Shown: positions 19,201 through 28,595 of the stretch, piece by piece
Layout: each line of letters begins with the position of its first letter
How positions within the stretch are numbered: position 1 is the stretch's first letter
Source: an uncultured Duncaniella sp.
Lineage (GTDB): Bacteria > Bacteroidota > Bacteroidia > Bacteroidales > Muribaculaceae
Assembly: GCA_910586665.1 (NCBI GenBank)
Contig: CAJUIX010000014.1
Span: 19,726-83,725, forward strand
Length of the DNA stretch: 64,000 bases
Direction of reading: 5' to 3'
Translations under genes and position numbers: made by a program
The notes under the pieces: model-generated
Told to the model about the DNA's origin: nothing
What the model saw: the letters and a program-made list of their open reading frames with translations, nothing else
The model's database searches: none

Positions 19201-19826
19201 GTGACCGACACCATTACGGGGAACTCTCTTCCAGCACTCTCCATAGCCTCGCGGGCGGCGTCGAGCCCGGCTTTAAGGTTGAGAGTGTCGAAGACCGTCT
19301 CGAAGAGGAGGAGGTCGACACCACCCTCTATCAGTGCGGAAATCTGTTCGAGGTAGGCACGGAAGAGGTCGTCGTAGGTGACGGCGCGGAGGGCTGGGTC
19401 GCTGACGTCGGGGCTCATCGAGGCCGTCTTGTTGGTCGGGCCTATCGAGCCGGCCACCCAGACGGTCTTCCCGGTCATTTCCTTATGCCGGTCGGCCACG
19501 CGGCGCGCCAGGCGTGCGCCATCGCGGTTGATTTCGGCGACGAGGGCCTCCATGCCGTAGTCAGCCATTGATATGGCGTTGGCATTGAAGGTGTCGGTGC
19601 TGATTATGTCGGCACCGGCCTTGATATAGTCCTCCGCGATGCCGGCTATGATGTCGGGACGCGTGAGGACGAGCAGGTCGTTGTTGCCCTTCAGGTCACA
19701 GGGCCATGAGGCGAAGCGGCTGCCCCGGAAGTCGGCCTCGGTGAGGCCGGCTGACTGGATCATTGTGCCGATGGCACCGTCAAGTACTATGATGCGCTCC
19801 CGGAGGAGCTGTGAGAGTTCGTCCAA
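16257..19826 (-). CDS. metH: Cobalamin-dependent methionine synthase
   Basis: LDGAIGT, GINC and GGCCGT (Hcy/Zn domain); [10 protein letters not shown] (pterin domain); GDVHDIGK and SGL (B12 binding); RPAVGYP (AdoMet domain). TTG start. Confidence 0.95.
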   Translation of the reverse strand: MDELSQLLRERIIVLDGAIGTMIQSAGLTEADFRGSRFASWPCDLKGNNDLLVLTRPDIIAGIAEDYIKAGADIISTDTFNANAISMADYGMEALVAEINRDGARLARRVADRHKEMTGKTVWVAGSIGPTNKTASMSPDVSDPALRAVTYDDLFRAYLEQISALIEGGVDLLLFETVFDTLNLKAGLDAAREAMESAGREFPVMVSVTVSGPDGRTFSGQTLKAFLASISHTPIISVGINCSTGAEAMKSHVAELARTAPCPVSCHPNAGLPDSMGLYGDTPEKMASTLGSFIDEGLLNIVGGCCGTTPAHIAAIAAVAKGKRPRTVPKKEQGMHISGLEAVDITPGSLFVNIGERCNVAGSRKFLRLIKEGKSDEAVAIARKQVEDGAQVIDINMDDGMMDARKEMCRFLNLIASEPDIARVPVMIDSSKWEVIEAALKCVQGKPIVNSISLKEGEEAFISHACRLRRLGAATVVMAFDEEGQADTFERKIEICARAYRLLTGRAGFDPEDIIFDPNILAIATGIREHDSYALDFIRATEWIKANLPGAKVSGGVSNLSFSFRGNNYLREAMHAVFLYHAIAAGMDMAIVNPASAVTYEDIEPGLRSLIEDVVLCRREEAPDELIEHARQMLAKKEDADRGSSQENHEDSWHKMPLRERLVTALVRGLPDHLEADLGEALETYTDAVAIIDGPLMEGMNRVGELFGEGKMFLPQVVKTARTMKQAVSILTPALEKSKKGAAKAGKVIFATVKGDVHDIGKNIVSIVLACNNYEVIDLGVMVPAEKIVSTALEEKPDFVCLSGLITPSLDEMIRVVSLMESRGLKIPVMVGGATTSKLHTAVKIAPCYSGVVIHVADAAQNPLIAARLLNSSTREACIEDINKEYEALRERERLRRCPEVSLDEARRRAWKPSKEYTPVPPAHAGRTLLDIQVEEVVPYINWRSFFNAWKMPGDFASVASIHDCPSCRRAWIEQHCAANPAKGEEVLKLYADASALLALLSRSGATCRAVINLAEAHREADDIIIDGVRIPAFRTRALAPGEPSRSLADFILEKGDYAGAFAVTVDLSAQRAAYESKNDSYGSLLVQSLAHRLAEAASEWLHAKVRREFWGYAPQEDLSLKELFQSRYRGIRPAVGYPSLPDQRLTFTLDSLLSLGEIGVSLTENGAMEPSATVCGLYIAHPEAAYFR

Positions 19827-19843
19827 TGTTACTAAAGGTTGTT

Positions 19844-20923
19844 TCAGTGTTTGAGAGTGCGGAGGAAGCTTGTCAGCTCGGCTGCATTTTTTGCCGCCTG
19901 TGCCTTGGAGGGGTGATAGTCGGCACCGTAGCCCAGCTCGCCGGTCTGCTCCGACATGTCGAAGCGGTAGATGCGCTCATTCTTGTCGGCGAGGCGGTCG
20001 AGAACCTCCTTGACGTCTTCGAGCTGCTTGCCGTGGAGCATAGGGCCTGTCAGGAGCACGATTTTGGCCTGCGGCTGGAGCATGGTCAGGTGGACGAGAA
20101 ACTTCCTGTAGGCCTCCTCGAAGAGATTTATGTCATAGTTGTCGAGCGACATGTCGTTTGTGCCGAGGTTGATGCAGATGATGTCGGGGCGGAATGAGCG
20201 GTGGTCCCAGAAGTGGTCGCGGTTGTAAAGGAGGGTGTAGTCATACTCTCCGGGCATGCGTTGCTCGGGAGTGCCCTCGCGGGGGCCACCGTAGCTGCGA
20301 TACATGCCGATGCCCGAGCGGGCCACGATGTTGAAGTCGGCGTTGAGGGCGCGGGCAGTGAGGTAGGCGTAGCCGAGGGTGTTGTTCTCGGTGTCGTAGG
20401 AGAAGTGGACCTGTGCGCTGTCGGCCTCGGTGCCGTAGCCGCAGGTGATGGAGTTGCCGATGAATTCAAGCCTGAGTTTGGGTCGCTCGGGGGCGGGGAG
20501 TATCTTGGCTCCGGGGCCTGAAATTTCGAAGCCGCGGAACTCGGGGTGCTTCTCGTAGCCCTCGATGGCATAGGCGACCCTGAGCGAGTGGGGTCCTGTG
20601 GAGAGGGTGTCGACGAGATTTATAATCGAATCATTGTCGGTGAAGTTGATTTTGAAGGGCTCGTAGTCATCAATCTCTACCATGAACTGTCCGCTACCGG
20701 GCGATGCGGCCATAGCTATACCGCTCCCCTCGAAGTTGAGCATGGCGGTGGTGCCGGGATAGGTGAATGTCGGAGCGGTGGAGTCGGTGGTGAGTATGCG
20801 CCCCATGTAGAGGATGCCGGGGTCGTCAGGATTGATTTTTACAGTCTTGGAGCCGGAGCAGGCAGTGATTGCGACACTTGCCGATAATAGTATTGCAGCT
20901 GTGTAGAGATGTCTAAGATTCAT
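19844..20923 (-). CDS. SGNH/GDSL lipoprotein esterase, CE2-like (acetylxylan esterase family)
   Basis: Lipobox [33 protein letters not shown]. Confidence 0.85.
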   Translation of the reverse strand: MNLRHLYTAAILLSASVAITACSGSKTVKINPDDPGILYMGRILTTDSTAPTFTYPGTTAMLNFEGSGIAMAASPGSGQFMVEIDDYEPFKINFTDNDSIINLVDTLSTGPHSLRVAYAIEGYEKHPEFRGFEISGPGAKILPAPERPKLRLEFIGNSITCGYGTEADSAQVHFSYDTENNTLGYAYLTARALNADFNIVARSGIGMYRSYGGPREGTPEQRMPGEYDYTLLYNRDHFWDHRSFRPDIICINLGTNDMSLDNYDINLFEEAYRKFLVHLTMLQPQAKIVLLTGPMLHGKQLEDVKEVLDRLADKNERIYRFDMSEQTGELGYGADYHPSKAQAAKNAAELTSFLRTLKH

Positions 20924-20979
20924 AGCGGGATGTACCTTGTTGAAAAACGGTGGTTAGAGGGTTGTTGTAAGCGTGATTA

Positions 20980-21011
20980 CAAAAATAGCTCCAAAATCTC
21001 TGACTTGCAAA
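20980..21011 (-). promoter_or_regulatory. Sigma-A promoter for the CE2-metH-comM unit
   Basis: Minus strand TTTG (21008-21011), 20-nt spacer, TATTTTTG (20980-20987). Confidence 0.7.
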
Positions 21012-21069
21012 GAAAAATGAAAAATAGATTGAAGAGATGAATAAAAAGAGCGATTTTTTTGTCAAATAC

Positions 21070-21100
21070 TTGCAATTCACCTGATTTTCGATTACCTTTG
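21070..21100 (+). promoter_or_regulatory. Sigma-A promoter for rplS
   Basis: TTGC near 21070 and TACCTTTG at 21093-21100. Confidence 0.7.
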
Positions 21101-21181
21101 CAGCCGATTTCGCAATCTCTGGCAGGACATGCAGCCTGCGAATATTGCGAGTAGTGTTAACATTTTTAATTTTCAAGAAAA

Positions 21182-21541
21182 ATGGACTTAATTAAAGTTG
21201 CTGAAGAAGCTTTTGCCACAGGCAAACAGCACCCCGACTTCCAGCCCGGCGACACTATCACTGTGGCTTACCGCATCAAGGAAGGTAACAAGGAGCGTAT
21301 CCAGCAGTACCGTGGTGTTGTCATCCGCATTTCAGGCGAAGGAAACAAGCGTCGCTTCACTGTCCGCAAGATTTCCGACAACATCGGCGTTGAGCGTATC
21401 TTCCCCATCGAGTCACCCTTTATCGACTCTATCACCATCAACAAGTATGGTAAGGTACGCCGTGCCAAACTCTACTATCTACGCAACCTCACAGGCAAGA
21501 AGGCCCGTATCAAGGAGCGCCGCGTAGTGAAAAAGGCATAA
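21182..21541 (+). CDS. rplS: 50S ribosomal protein L19
   Basis: [34 protein letters not shown]. Confidence 0.98.
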   Translation: MDLIKVAEEAFATGKQHPDFQPGDTITVAYRIKEGNKERIQQYRGVVIRISGEGNKRRFTVRKISDNIGVERIFPIESPFIDSITINKYGKVRRAKLYYLRNLTGKKARIKERRVVKKA

Positions 21542-21563
21542 ATATTAGTTTGAATACCCGCCC

Positions 21564-21651
21564 GTCCGGGCGTCCCCCAACTCCATCGCCCGGACACACA
21601 AAGAGCCACAGGCCCTATCATCGTGAGGTGAAAAAGCACTGATGGCTCTTT
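21564..21651. terminator. Two hairpins between the convergent rplS and small ORF
   Basis: GTCCGGGCG..CGCCCGGAC (21564-21595) and AAAGAGCCA..TGGCTCTTT (21601-21651). Confidence 0.55.
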
Positions 21652-21693
21652 AACTTTCCATTTTTTGACTAATTAGATAGTTGTCGGGCTGTG

Positions 21694-21837
21694 TCACAGC
21701 GGTGCCACGAAGGCGGCCACGTCGGTGTCGCCAAGGAAATCGGCGACGGTAAGCCACAGCATAAGCAGGATAATCAGCACCACCACTCCGATGGCGAGCC
21801 ATACCGTAGTCCTTGATTTTGTCTTTCTCTCGCTCAT
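21694..21837 (-). CDS. Small single-pass membrane protein (47 aa), not in the ORF track
   Basis: Manual translation MSERKTKSRTTVWLAIGVVVLIILLMLWLTVADFLGDTDVAAFVAPL*: basic N-terminus, TM helix, acidic tail. AT-rich start context and GC3-rich codons. Confidence 0.75.
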   Translation of the reverse strand: MSERKTKSRTTVWLAIGVVVLIILLMLWLTVADFLGDTDVAAFVAPL

Positions 21838-22041
21838 AAATAATGGAATATTTAAATAGTTTGTAGTAATAACACACTCGCTGCCCTAAAAGTTGCGTTA
21901 AGTTTTTTTAGCTCAAAAATCGAGTCACGGTGGCGCCGGGAGGCGTTATAATAGGTAAAAAGATCCAGATATCCGAATCACGTTTTCGATTTTGTGCGCA
22001 TAGGCGCATAGAGCTATGTCTAAGTTAAAGAACTATTTATT

Positions 22042-22992
22042 ATGGCAACGAGAGAGACACACACAAGGCGCATCGCAGCTCTGCTCATCGCGATTCTCGG
22101 TCTCGCCAACATAGTCGGACTGAAGGCTCAGACGATGACAGCCGTCACACTCCGCGAGAGTACGCGCCGCATCATCCCGGTCAGCGATGCCGGGGCGCCC
22201 GACAGGGAGGCCCTGCTGAGGATAGCGCCCGTCGAGGCGCTCGCCTCCGACACGACACTGCCGCTTCCGTCGGCTCAAATCCCGCAGAAGCACTGGAGCA
22301 TATATATAGAACCCTATTCCCTGCACCGCGGCTCGCACCCCGACTGGCACAGGATGTGGATCAACACCGCCGTCCTTTCGGGAGCCTTCGTCGGGACGCT
22401 TTTCGTCCTCCAGTGTCTGCCTGAGGACGCGACTTCCTGGAACCGCGCCTCGATTCAGAACACCGCCTTCTACACCCGCTGGTATCGCAACATCTTCGTG
22501 CGCAACCCGGAGATTGACCACGACAACCCGGTGTTCAACTATATCCTCCACCCCTATGCCGGCGCGGCCTACTTCATGGCTGCCCGCTCCTGCGGCTTCA
22601 GCTTCTGGGGCTCGATGCTCTACTCTGCGCTGATTTCGACCGTAGGGTGGGAGTTCGGCGTCGAGGCCTGCATGGAGCGCCCCTCATACCAGGATATTGT
22701 CATCACCCCTATAGTCGGAAGCCTGCTTGGCGAGCTGTTCTACAAGTGTAAGCGCCACATTGTCGAACATGACTACACGCTGTGGGGCTCGCGCGTGCTG
22801 GGCAACATCGTGGTCTTCCTCGTCGACCCGGTCAACGAGGTTGTTAACCTCTTCCGCGGCAGCTACGAGCGCAAGGCCCATCTCGGTAAGGAAAATCCCT
22901 CCGTCCTCCGTGACCGCTACGGCGTCCAGTCCTCGCTGACGCCGGCGATAGTCGGCGGTGCCCCCGGCTTTACACTCACCTGCGTCTTTTAA
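22042..22992 (+). CDS. DUF3943-like exported/membrane protein
   Basis: Signal peptide; D.DNPVFNYILHPYAGAAYFMAAR..WEFGVEA..ERPSYQD..ITP motif pattern. Confidence 0.75.
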   Translation: MATRETHTRRIAALLIAILGLANIVGLKAQTMTAVTLRESTRRIIPVSDAGAPDREALLRIAPVEALASDTTLPLPSAQIPQKHWSIYIEPYSLHRGSHPDWHRMWINTAVLSGAFVGTLFVLQCLPEDATSWNRASIQNTAFYTRWYRNIFVRNPEIDHDNPVFNYILHPYAGAAYFMAARSCGFSFWGSMLYSALISTVGWEFGVEACMERPSYQDIVITPIVGSLLGELFYKCKRHIVEHDYTLWGSRVLGNIVVFLVDPVNEVVNLFRGSYERKAHLGKENPSVLRDRYGVQSSLTPAIVGGAPGFTLTCVF

Positions 22993-23060
22993 TAAGGTGT
23001 TTTGCATGAATTATCGGAAAAATTTTGCTAAATTTGCGCAAAATTTTTCTGTTCGGAACC

Positions 23061-23612
23061 ATGAAACATAAATGCTATCAGGGGATGACATTCCGCCCCT
23101 ACATCACCGGCTCTCAGATTACAGAACGCATCAAGGAGCTTGCAGCAAGGATTACGTCTGAATATGCAGGGCGCACTCCGCTCTTCCTGTGTGTGCTCAA
23201 CGGTGCCGCCCCCTTTGCTGTCGATCTCTTCCGGGCATGTGAGGATATTGACGCCGAGCTGACCTTCGTGCGCCTGAAAAGCTACGAGGGCACAGGCTCC
23301 ACGGGCGTGGTCAAGCAGGTGATGGGACTCAGCGAGAACCTCGAGGGGCGCGACGTGATTCTCGTCGAGGACATTATCGACACCGGCAACACTATGGTCC
23401 GCCTCCTCGCCGACCTCAATGCGCTCAAGCCGGCCTCGATACGCATAGCCACCCTCCTGTTCAAGCCGGCAGCGCTCGTGCATCCCGAGCTGAAGCCCGA
23501 CTATGTCGGTTTCGAAATCCCGAAGAAGTTCATCATAGGCTACGGTCTCGACATCGACGGTCTGGCACGAAATCTCAACGATATCTATATTCTGGACGAG
23601 GAATCTTGTTGA
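23061..23612 (+). CDS. hpt: Hypoxanthine phosphoribosyltransferase
   Basis: VLNGA, VILVEDIIDTGNT (PRPP binding), FIIGYGLD..RNL. ATG at 23061 lies downstream of the TAAATTTG -7 element (23029-23036). Confidence 0.93.
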   Translation: MKHKCYQGMTFRPYITGSQITERIKELAARITSEYAGRTPLFLCVLNGAAPFAVDLFRACEDIDAELTFVRLKSYEGTGSTGVVKQVMGLSENLEGRDVILVEDIIDTGNTMVRLLADLNALKPASIRIATLLFKPAALVHPELKPDYVGFEIPKKFIIGYGLDIDGLARNLNDIYILDEESC

Positions 23613-23625
23613 AAGATATGCGCAT

Positions 23626-23643
23626 TGCAGGGACGCTGCGTGC
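23626..23643 (-). repeat. GTAG-type REP copy (degenerate)
   Basis: TGCAGGGACGCTGCGTGC is the reverse complement of GCACGCAGCGTCCCTGCA. Confidence 0.65.
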
Positions 23644-23700
23644 AACATTATCGAACCAATCATTTGCGACACATAACATAGGTAAAAATAAGGATAGAGA

Positions 23701-24288
23701 ATGTTTAATCTTGTAATTTTCGGTGCCCCCGGTAGCGGCAAAGGCACCCAGAGTCAGAAACTTATTGACCGCTACGGTCTCACCCACATCTCGACAGGCG
23801 ATGTGCTGCGCAAGCAGATTGCCGAAGGCACCGAGCTTGGCAAAATCGCCGACAGCTATATCTCCAAGGGACACCTGATTCCTGACGACCTCATGGTCGA
23901 CATCCTTGCCCAGGAGGTGGACCGTCTGCGCCCGCAGTCCAACGGCTTTATTTTCGACGGCTTTCCCCGCACCATTCCCCAGGCCGAGGAACTGAAGAAG
24001 ATGCTCGAGAGGCGAGGCGAGGAAGTGCACTCCGTAATCGGCCTCGAAGTGGCCGACGAGGAACTGATGGAGCGCCTCGTGAAGCGCGGTGCCGAGAGCG
24101 GCCGCTCCGACGACAATCCCGAGACCATCAACAAGCGCCTCAAAGTATACCACTCGACCACCTCTCCCCTGAAGGACTATTATACAAAGGAAGGGAAGTA
24201 CACGTCAATTCACGGTAGCGGCCACGTCGATGAAATCTTCTCTCGCATCGTCGAGGCTATCGACGGGCACCCCGCGCTCGGACGCTGA
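23701..24288 (+). CDS. adk: Adenylate kinase (short LID type)
   Basis: GAPGSGKGT, HISTGD, FDGFPRT, GRSDD. Confidence 0.97.
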   Translation: MFNLVIFGAPGSGKGTQSQKLIDRYGLTHISTGDVLRKQIAEGTELGKIADSYISKGHLIPDDLMVDILAQEVDRLRPQSNGFIFDGFPRTIPQAEELKKMLERRGEEVHSVIGLEVADEELMERLVKRGAESGRSDDNPETINKRLKVYHSTTSPLKDYYTKEGKYTSIHGSGHVDEIFSRIVEAIDGHPALGR

Positions 24289-24343
24289 CTCCCCCTGTTC
24301 CTCGTTAAAAATAATTCATTCAACCCTCACATCTAACTCTCCT

Positions 24344-24583
24344 ATGGCAGAATTCAATCCGGTCGAAAGTCTCACATACGCCCAGAGCATCAGCGAGCTG
24401 GAGGCCATACTCCGCATGATGCAGAGCGATAATTGCGACATAGACCATCTCGCAGCCTATACACGCCGGGCGACAGAGCTTCTCAAAGCCTGTCGCTCGC
24501 GCCTTACCGCGACCGAGGAGGAGCTGCGCGACATCCTGTCGGCCCTCAGCTCCGAGAACGGCGGTCCCGCAGCCAACGCATGA
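24344..24583 (+). CDS. xseB: Exodeoxyribonuclease VII small subunit
   Basis: LTYAQSISELEAIL..DIDHL..RATELLKACRSRL coiled-coil pattern. True start ATG at 24344. Confidence 0.85.
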   Translation: MAEFNPVESLTYAQSISELEAILRMMQSDNCDIDHLAAYTRRATELLKACRSRLTATEEELRDILSALSSENGGPAANA

Positions 24584-24621
24584 AACACAGCAAACAAAAT
24601 ACAATATTATCAACCAATCTC

Positions 24622-26673
24622 ATGAAACTTCTTCCGATTGCAGCTGTTGCCATGACTATGACACTTGCAGCGACGGGATGCCGGGGCAATAAGACCGAGC
24701 ATCTCGCAAGTCTCAACCCTGACTACATCGACACCACCGTCATGCCCGGGGCTGACTTCTACACACATGTGAACAAGGGCTGGATGGAGGCTAACCCGCT
24801 CACCGCGGAGTATGCCCGCTACGGCCAGTTCAACATCCTCAACGACTCCTCAGAGACCCGCGTGCGCAACCTTATCCAGCACCTCGGCGACTCCAAGCCC
24901 GAAGCAGGTACCGTGGCCCACAAGGTATGGACCGTCTACTCTCTCGCTATGGATACCGCCCGCCGCAACGCCGACGGTGCGAAGCCCATCCTCGCCGACC
25001 TCAAGAAAATCGAGGACACTCCCCACGAAGGCATGGAGGACCTCTTCCTCTGGATGCACGGCAATTATGCAAGCCCCTTCTTCGGCGCAGGCCCGATGGA
25101 GGATATGACCAACTCCGAAGTGTATGCCATGTATGTGTCGGGCGGCGGCATGGGTCTCGGCGACCGTGACTACTACCTGCTCGATGACGAGCGCAACACT
25201 GCCGTGCGCAATGCCTACAAGAAGCTTATAGCCGACCAGATGAAGAACGCCGGCTACTCCGAGGCTGACGCACAGCGCATCGTCGGCAACGTAATGAAGA
25301 TTGAGACTGCCCTGGCTGATTCTGCCAAGACCCGCGAGGAGAGCCGCAATATTCCCGCGATGTACAACCCCCGCACTTTCGCCCAGCTCAAGGAGAACTA
25401 TCCCGCCATCAACTGGGACCGATTCTTCATCGAGACAATGGGTATCCAGTCGCCTGACACTGTCATCGTGACCGACCCCAGGAGTGTCAACCAGGCCAGC
25501 AAGCTCATGGCCTCCCTCTCTGACCGCGAAGTCAAGGACTACTATCTCTGGAAATATGTCAACCAGGCTTCATCGGCCCTCAGCGACAACTTCACCAATG
25601 CCAACTTCGAGTTCTCGAAGGTGATGAGCGGCGTGCAGGAGCTTCGTCCGCTCTGGAAGCGTGCTCTCGGTGCCACCGAGGGTGCCCTCGGCGAGGCTGT
25701 AGGCCAGCTCTATGTCGAGAAATACTTCCCCGCAAGCTCCAAGGAGTATATGCTCGGCCTTGTGGAGAACCTCCGCACCGCCCTCGGCAAGCACATCGAC
25801 AATCTCGACTGGATGAGCGACTCCACCAAGGCCCGCGCCCACGAGAAGCTCGCCGCCTTCACTGTCAAGATCGGCTATCCCGACAAGTGGAAGGACTATT
25901 CCACTATGGAAATCGACCCCGAGCTTTCTTACTACGACAATATGCACAACGTCGGCATGTGGCACCAGAAGGAGACATATGCCAAGTGGGGCAAGCCGGT
26001 CGACCGCACAGAGTGGGGCATGACTCCCCAGACTGTCAACGCATACTATAACCCCCTCGCCAACGAAATCGTCTTCCCGGCTGCCATCCTCCAGGCTCCC
26101 TTCTTCGACCCCAACGCATCTGACGCCGAGAATTACGGCGGTATCGGCGTGGTGATCGGCCATGAGATGACTCACGGGTTCGACGACCAGGGCCGCAACT
26201 TCGACGCCAAGGGCAACATGGCCAACTGGTGGACCGAGGCCGACATCAAGGCTTTCGAGGAGAAGACCAAGGGGCTCATCGCGCAGTTTGACGAGGTCGA
26301 GGTGCTCCCCGGCGTCAAGGCCAACGGTCGCTACACCCTCGGCGAGAACATCGCTGACCAGGGCGGTCTCCGCATAGCCATGACTGCCTTCCTCGATGCC
26401 CAGGACAAGAAGGGTGTCGACATCAAGTCTGAAGAAGCCAAGATTGATGGCTTCACCCCCGAGCAGGTGTTCTATATGAACTATGCCAACCTCTGGGCCA
26501 ACAATATCCGCGACGAGGAAATCCGCTCGCTCACCACTGGTGACGTCCACTCCCTCGGCAAGAACCGCGTCAACGTCACTCTCCGCAATATCGCTCCCTT
26601 CTTCGAGGCTTTCGGCATCACAGAGGGCCAGCCGATGTATCGTCCCGAGTCCGAGCGTGTGATTATCTGGTAA
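24622..26673 (+). CDS. M13 family (neprilysin/PepO-like) metallopeptidase lipoprotein
   Basis: Lipoprotein signal ending ATGC; VNAYY, GHEMTHGFD (HExxH), GENIAD. Alternative start at 24580 (ATGA overlap with xseB). Confidence 0.93.
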   Translation: MKLLPIAAVAMTMTLAATGCRGNKTEHLASLNPDYIDTTVMPGADFYTHVNKGWMEANPLTAEYARYGQFNILNDSSETRVRNLIQHLGDSKPEAGTVAHKVWTVYSLAMDTARRNADGAKPILADLKKIEDTPHEGMEDLFLWMHGNYASPFFGAGPMEDMTNSEVYAMYVSGGGMGLGDRDYYLLDDERNTAVRNAYKKLIADQMKNAGYSEADAQRIVGNVMKIETALADSAKTREESRNIPAMYNPRTFAQLKENYPAINWDRFFIETMGIQSPDTVIVTDPRSVNQASKLMASLSDREVKDYYLWKYVNQASSALSDNFTNANFEFSKVMSGVQELRPLWKRALGATEGALGEAVGQLYVEKYFPASSKEYMLGLVENLRTALGKHIDNLDWMSDSTKARAHEKLAAFTVKIGYPDKWKDYSTMEIDPELSYYDNMHNVGMWHQKETYAKWGKPVDRTEWGMTPQTVNAYYNPLANEIVFPAAILQAPFFDPNASDAENYGGIGVVIGHEMTHGFDDQGRNFDAKGNMANWWTEADIKAFEEKTKGLIAQFDEVEVLPGVKANGRYTLGENIADQGGLRIAMTAFLDAQDKKGVDIKSEEAKIDGFTPEQVFYMNYANLWANNIRDEEIRSLTTGDVHSLGKNRVNVTLRNIAPFFEAFGITEGQPMYRPESERVIIW

Positions 26674-26698
26674 TCATAGTCTGACTACGATAAAGAGT

Positions 26699-26740
26699 AA
26701 GCCGCATAAGGTTGTTCGAGAGAACTCCTTATGCGGCTTT
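26699..26740. terminator. Terminator between the convergent M13 peptidase and manA
   Basis: AAGCCGCATAAGG-loop-CCTTATGCGGCTT followed by T. Confidence 0.8.
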
Positions 26741-26752
26741 CATATTCTATTT

Positions 26753-26780
26753 GGCATACGCCGCACGCAGCGTCCCTACA
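26753..26780 (+). repeat. GTAG-type REP copy
   Basis: GGCATACGCCGCACGCAGCGTCCCTACA, 26/28 identical to the 28531 copy. Confidence 0.75.
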
Positions 26781-26796
26781 GGCCTATTAATCAGGT

Positions 26797-27765
26797 TCAG
26801 GCCTGGATTGCGAGGATGTCGGCGGGGCCTTTGGCTGAGATGTTGCGGACGGTGGCGGGGAAGAGCCATGTGTCGCCTCGGGCGATGCGGACGGTCTTTG
26901 TCTCCTTTCCGGCGACAGTTGAGTAGTCAATCTCGGCCTCACCTTCCAGACACATCACGATTGTGAACGATTCGCGGTCGAGTGGCAGGGTGAGGGGGGA
27001 ATCGTCGAGTGTATGCTTGCGGACTACGAAATATTTACATTCTGCAAGCAGTGAGTCGGTCGGTTCAGACCTGTAGTCGGGATAGACGGTATAGTCAATG
27101 GCGTCGCGGGCTTCGGCTGTGTGTAGCTCGCGGGGTTTCCCCTCCTTGTCGCGGCGGTCATAGTCATAGATGCGGTAGGTGATGTCGCTCGTCTGCTGGA
27201 TTTCGGCGAGCATGTTGCCCGCGCCTATGGCGTGGATGCGTCCGGCGGGGAGGAAGAAGGTGTCGCCGGGGGCTGAGTCGTAGGACGCTATGACATCCAT
27301 GATAGAGTTGTCGGCCACGCGGCGCTCATATTCCCCGGGGGTGATTTCCTTAGTCAGTCCGACGTGGATTTTGGCTCCGGGGCGGGTCTCGATGACGTGC
27401 CACATCTCCGTCTTGCCGGGGCAGTTGTGACGCTCACGGGCAAGCTCGTCGTCAGGGTGAACCTGGACGGAGAGGTCGTCGCGCGCGTCGATGAGCTTGA
27501 TGAGCAGGGGGAAGTTGTGGCCGTAGGCGGCATAGATTCTCTCTCCGACGAGCTCTGCGCCGAAGCGGTCGATGAGCTCCGTGAGGCTCGTTCCCTCGAA
27601 GGGTGCGTGGTCGGCGACAGAGACGTGGCTCGGGACGGCCGAAATCTCCCAGCTCTCGCCGATGCAGTCAAGATTGGTCTTGATTCCCTTGTAAGGGGCA
27701 AGACGGTCCCCTCCCCATATCACTGTCTTTAGATAGGGGGCAAAATGTAGTGCCTGGTCAAGCAT
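26797..27765 (-). CDS. manA: Mannose-6-phosphate isomerase, type I
   Basis: IWGG, GESWEIS, FPLLIKLIDA..LSVQVHP, GKTEMW, HAIG, EIQQTSDITYR. Confidence 0.95.
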   Translation of the reverse strand: MLDQALHFAPYLKTVIWGGDRLAPYKGIKTNLDCIGESWEISAVPSHVSVADHAPFEGTSLTELIDRFGAELVGERIYAAYGHNFPLLIKLIDARDDLSVQVHPDDELARERHNCPGKTEMWHVIETRPGAKIHVGLTKEITPGEYERRVADNSIMDVIASYDSAPGDTFFLPAGRIHAIGAGNMLAEIQQTSDITYRIYDYDRRDKEGKPRELHTAEARDAIDYTVYPDYRSEPTDSLLAECKYFVVRKHTLDDSPLTLPLDRESFTIVMCLEGEAEIDYSTVAGKETKTVRIARGDTWLFPATVRNISAKGPADILAIQA

Positions 27766-27851
27766 AATGTTGATGCAAAGATAAGATTGTGGTATCTATT
27801 GGAAAAATAAGTTGAAATCGTGTGGTGTGTCTTTCGTCCCGGGGACCTTTG

Positions 27852-28376
27852 TTAAAGCATCTGCAATGCCGAAAGCTGCTCCAGGACGTCGAGGCGTGAG
27901 AGGGTGCGGCGGCTCAGGAGGGCCGCGGCGAAGTCGTGGGCCACGGACTGCACCCCGCGGTGGGTGAAGACGCGGTTGAGGTAGGAGAGATTCTTGTCGA
28001 AGAGCCTGTCAATCTCGTCGTCGTCGAGCGAGCATGACTCGCGTCCCTCCTCGCGGGCCAGGTCATGGAGGAAGTCGTGCATTTCAGAAGAGAGCTGGCG
28101 GCGCTCCTTGACGAGGTTGCGGCAGAGGAGGTTGGCCATGATCATTCCGAGGCCGATGTTGTAGTTTTTCAACATCTGGTTCCAGGCTGTCTTGGCTGAG
28201 ACTCCTGGATTGCCTGCGAAATAAAAGTCAGGCGACATCTCCACCATTTCGTTGGGATTGCCGTCGATAGTGATAGAGGTGAGCATGTCCTCACCGTCGA
28301 AAACCATCAGGCCGATTGCCATGCCTGTAGCGCCATAGCAGCGGTCATTTTCATCTGAATATTTCAAACTATCCAT
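27852..28376 (-). CDS. Hypothetical protein
   Basis: 174-aa ORF with host-like codon usage and no recognisable motif. Confidence 0.75.
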   Translation of the reverse strand: MDSLKYSDENDRCYGATGMAIGLMVFDGEDMLTSITIDGNPNEMVEMSPDFYFAGNPGVSAKTAWNQMLKNYNIGLGMIMANLLCRNLVKERRQLSSEMHDFLHDLAREEGRESCSLDDDEIDRLFDKNLSYLNRVFTHRGVQSVAHDFAAALLSRRTLSRLDVLEQLSALQML

Positions 28377-28530
28377 AGATATAGCTCTTCAATATGATAA
28401 TTTCGTATATGTTGTGCTGTCCACTCAATCCGCGCAGGAATTGTATTGGAGGATATAGGAAAAACGTATTTCAGCCGATTATAGTTTTGCAGGGACTCAG
28501 CGATATATCAGAGTAATATGTACTTAATCC

Positions 28531-28558
28531 GGCATACGCGGCACGCCGCGTCCCTACA
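28531..28558 (+). repeat. GTAG-type REP copy
   Basis: GGCATACGCGGCACGCCGCGTCCCTACA with internal palindrome ACGCGGC-AC-GCCGCGT. Confidence 0.75.
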
Positions 28559-28595
28559 TGGGGTCTTTGCGGGGACAAAATTATTAAATACCTGC

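Noticed and set aside
19827..21181. Cobalamin or SAM riboswitch for metH
   Set aside because: metH is 17 nt from the upstream esterase gene, and I see no recognisable riboswitch motif in the short leader of the unit.
21650..21877. 75-aa track ORF (MCYYYKL...)
   Set aside because: Wrong frame; the 47-aa TM ORF at 21694-21837 fits composition and start context better.
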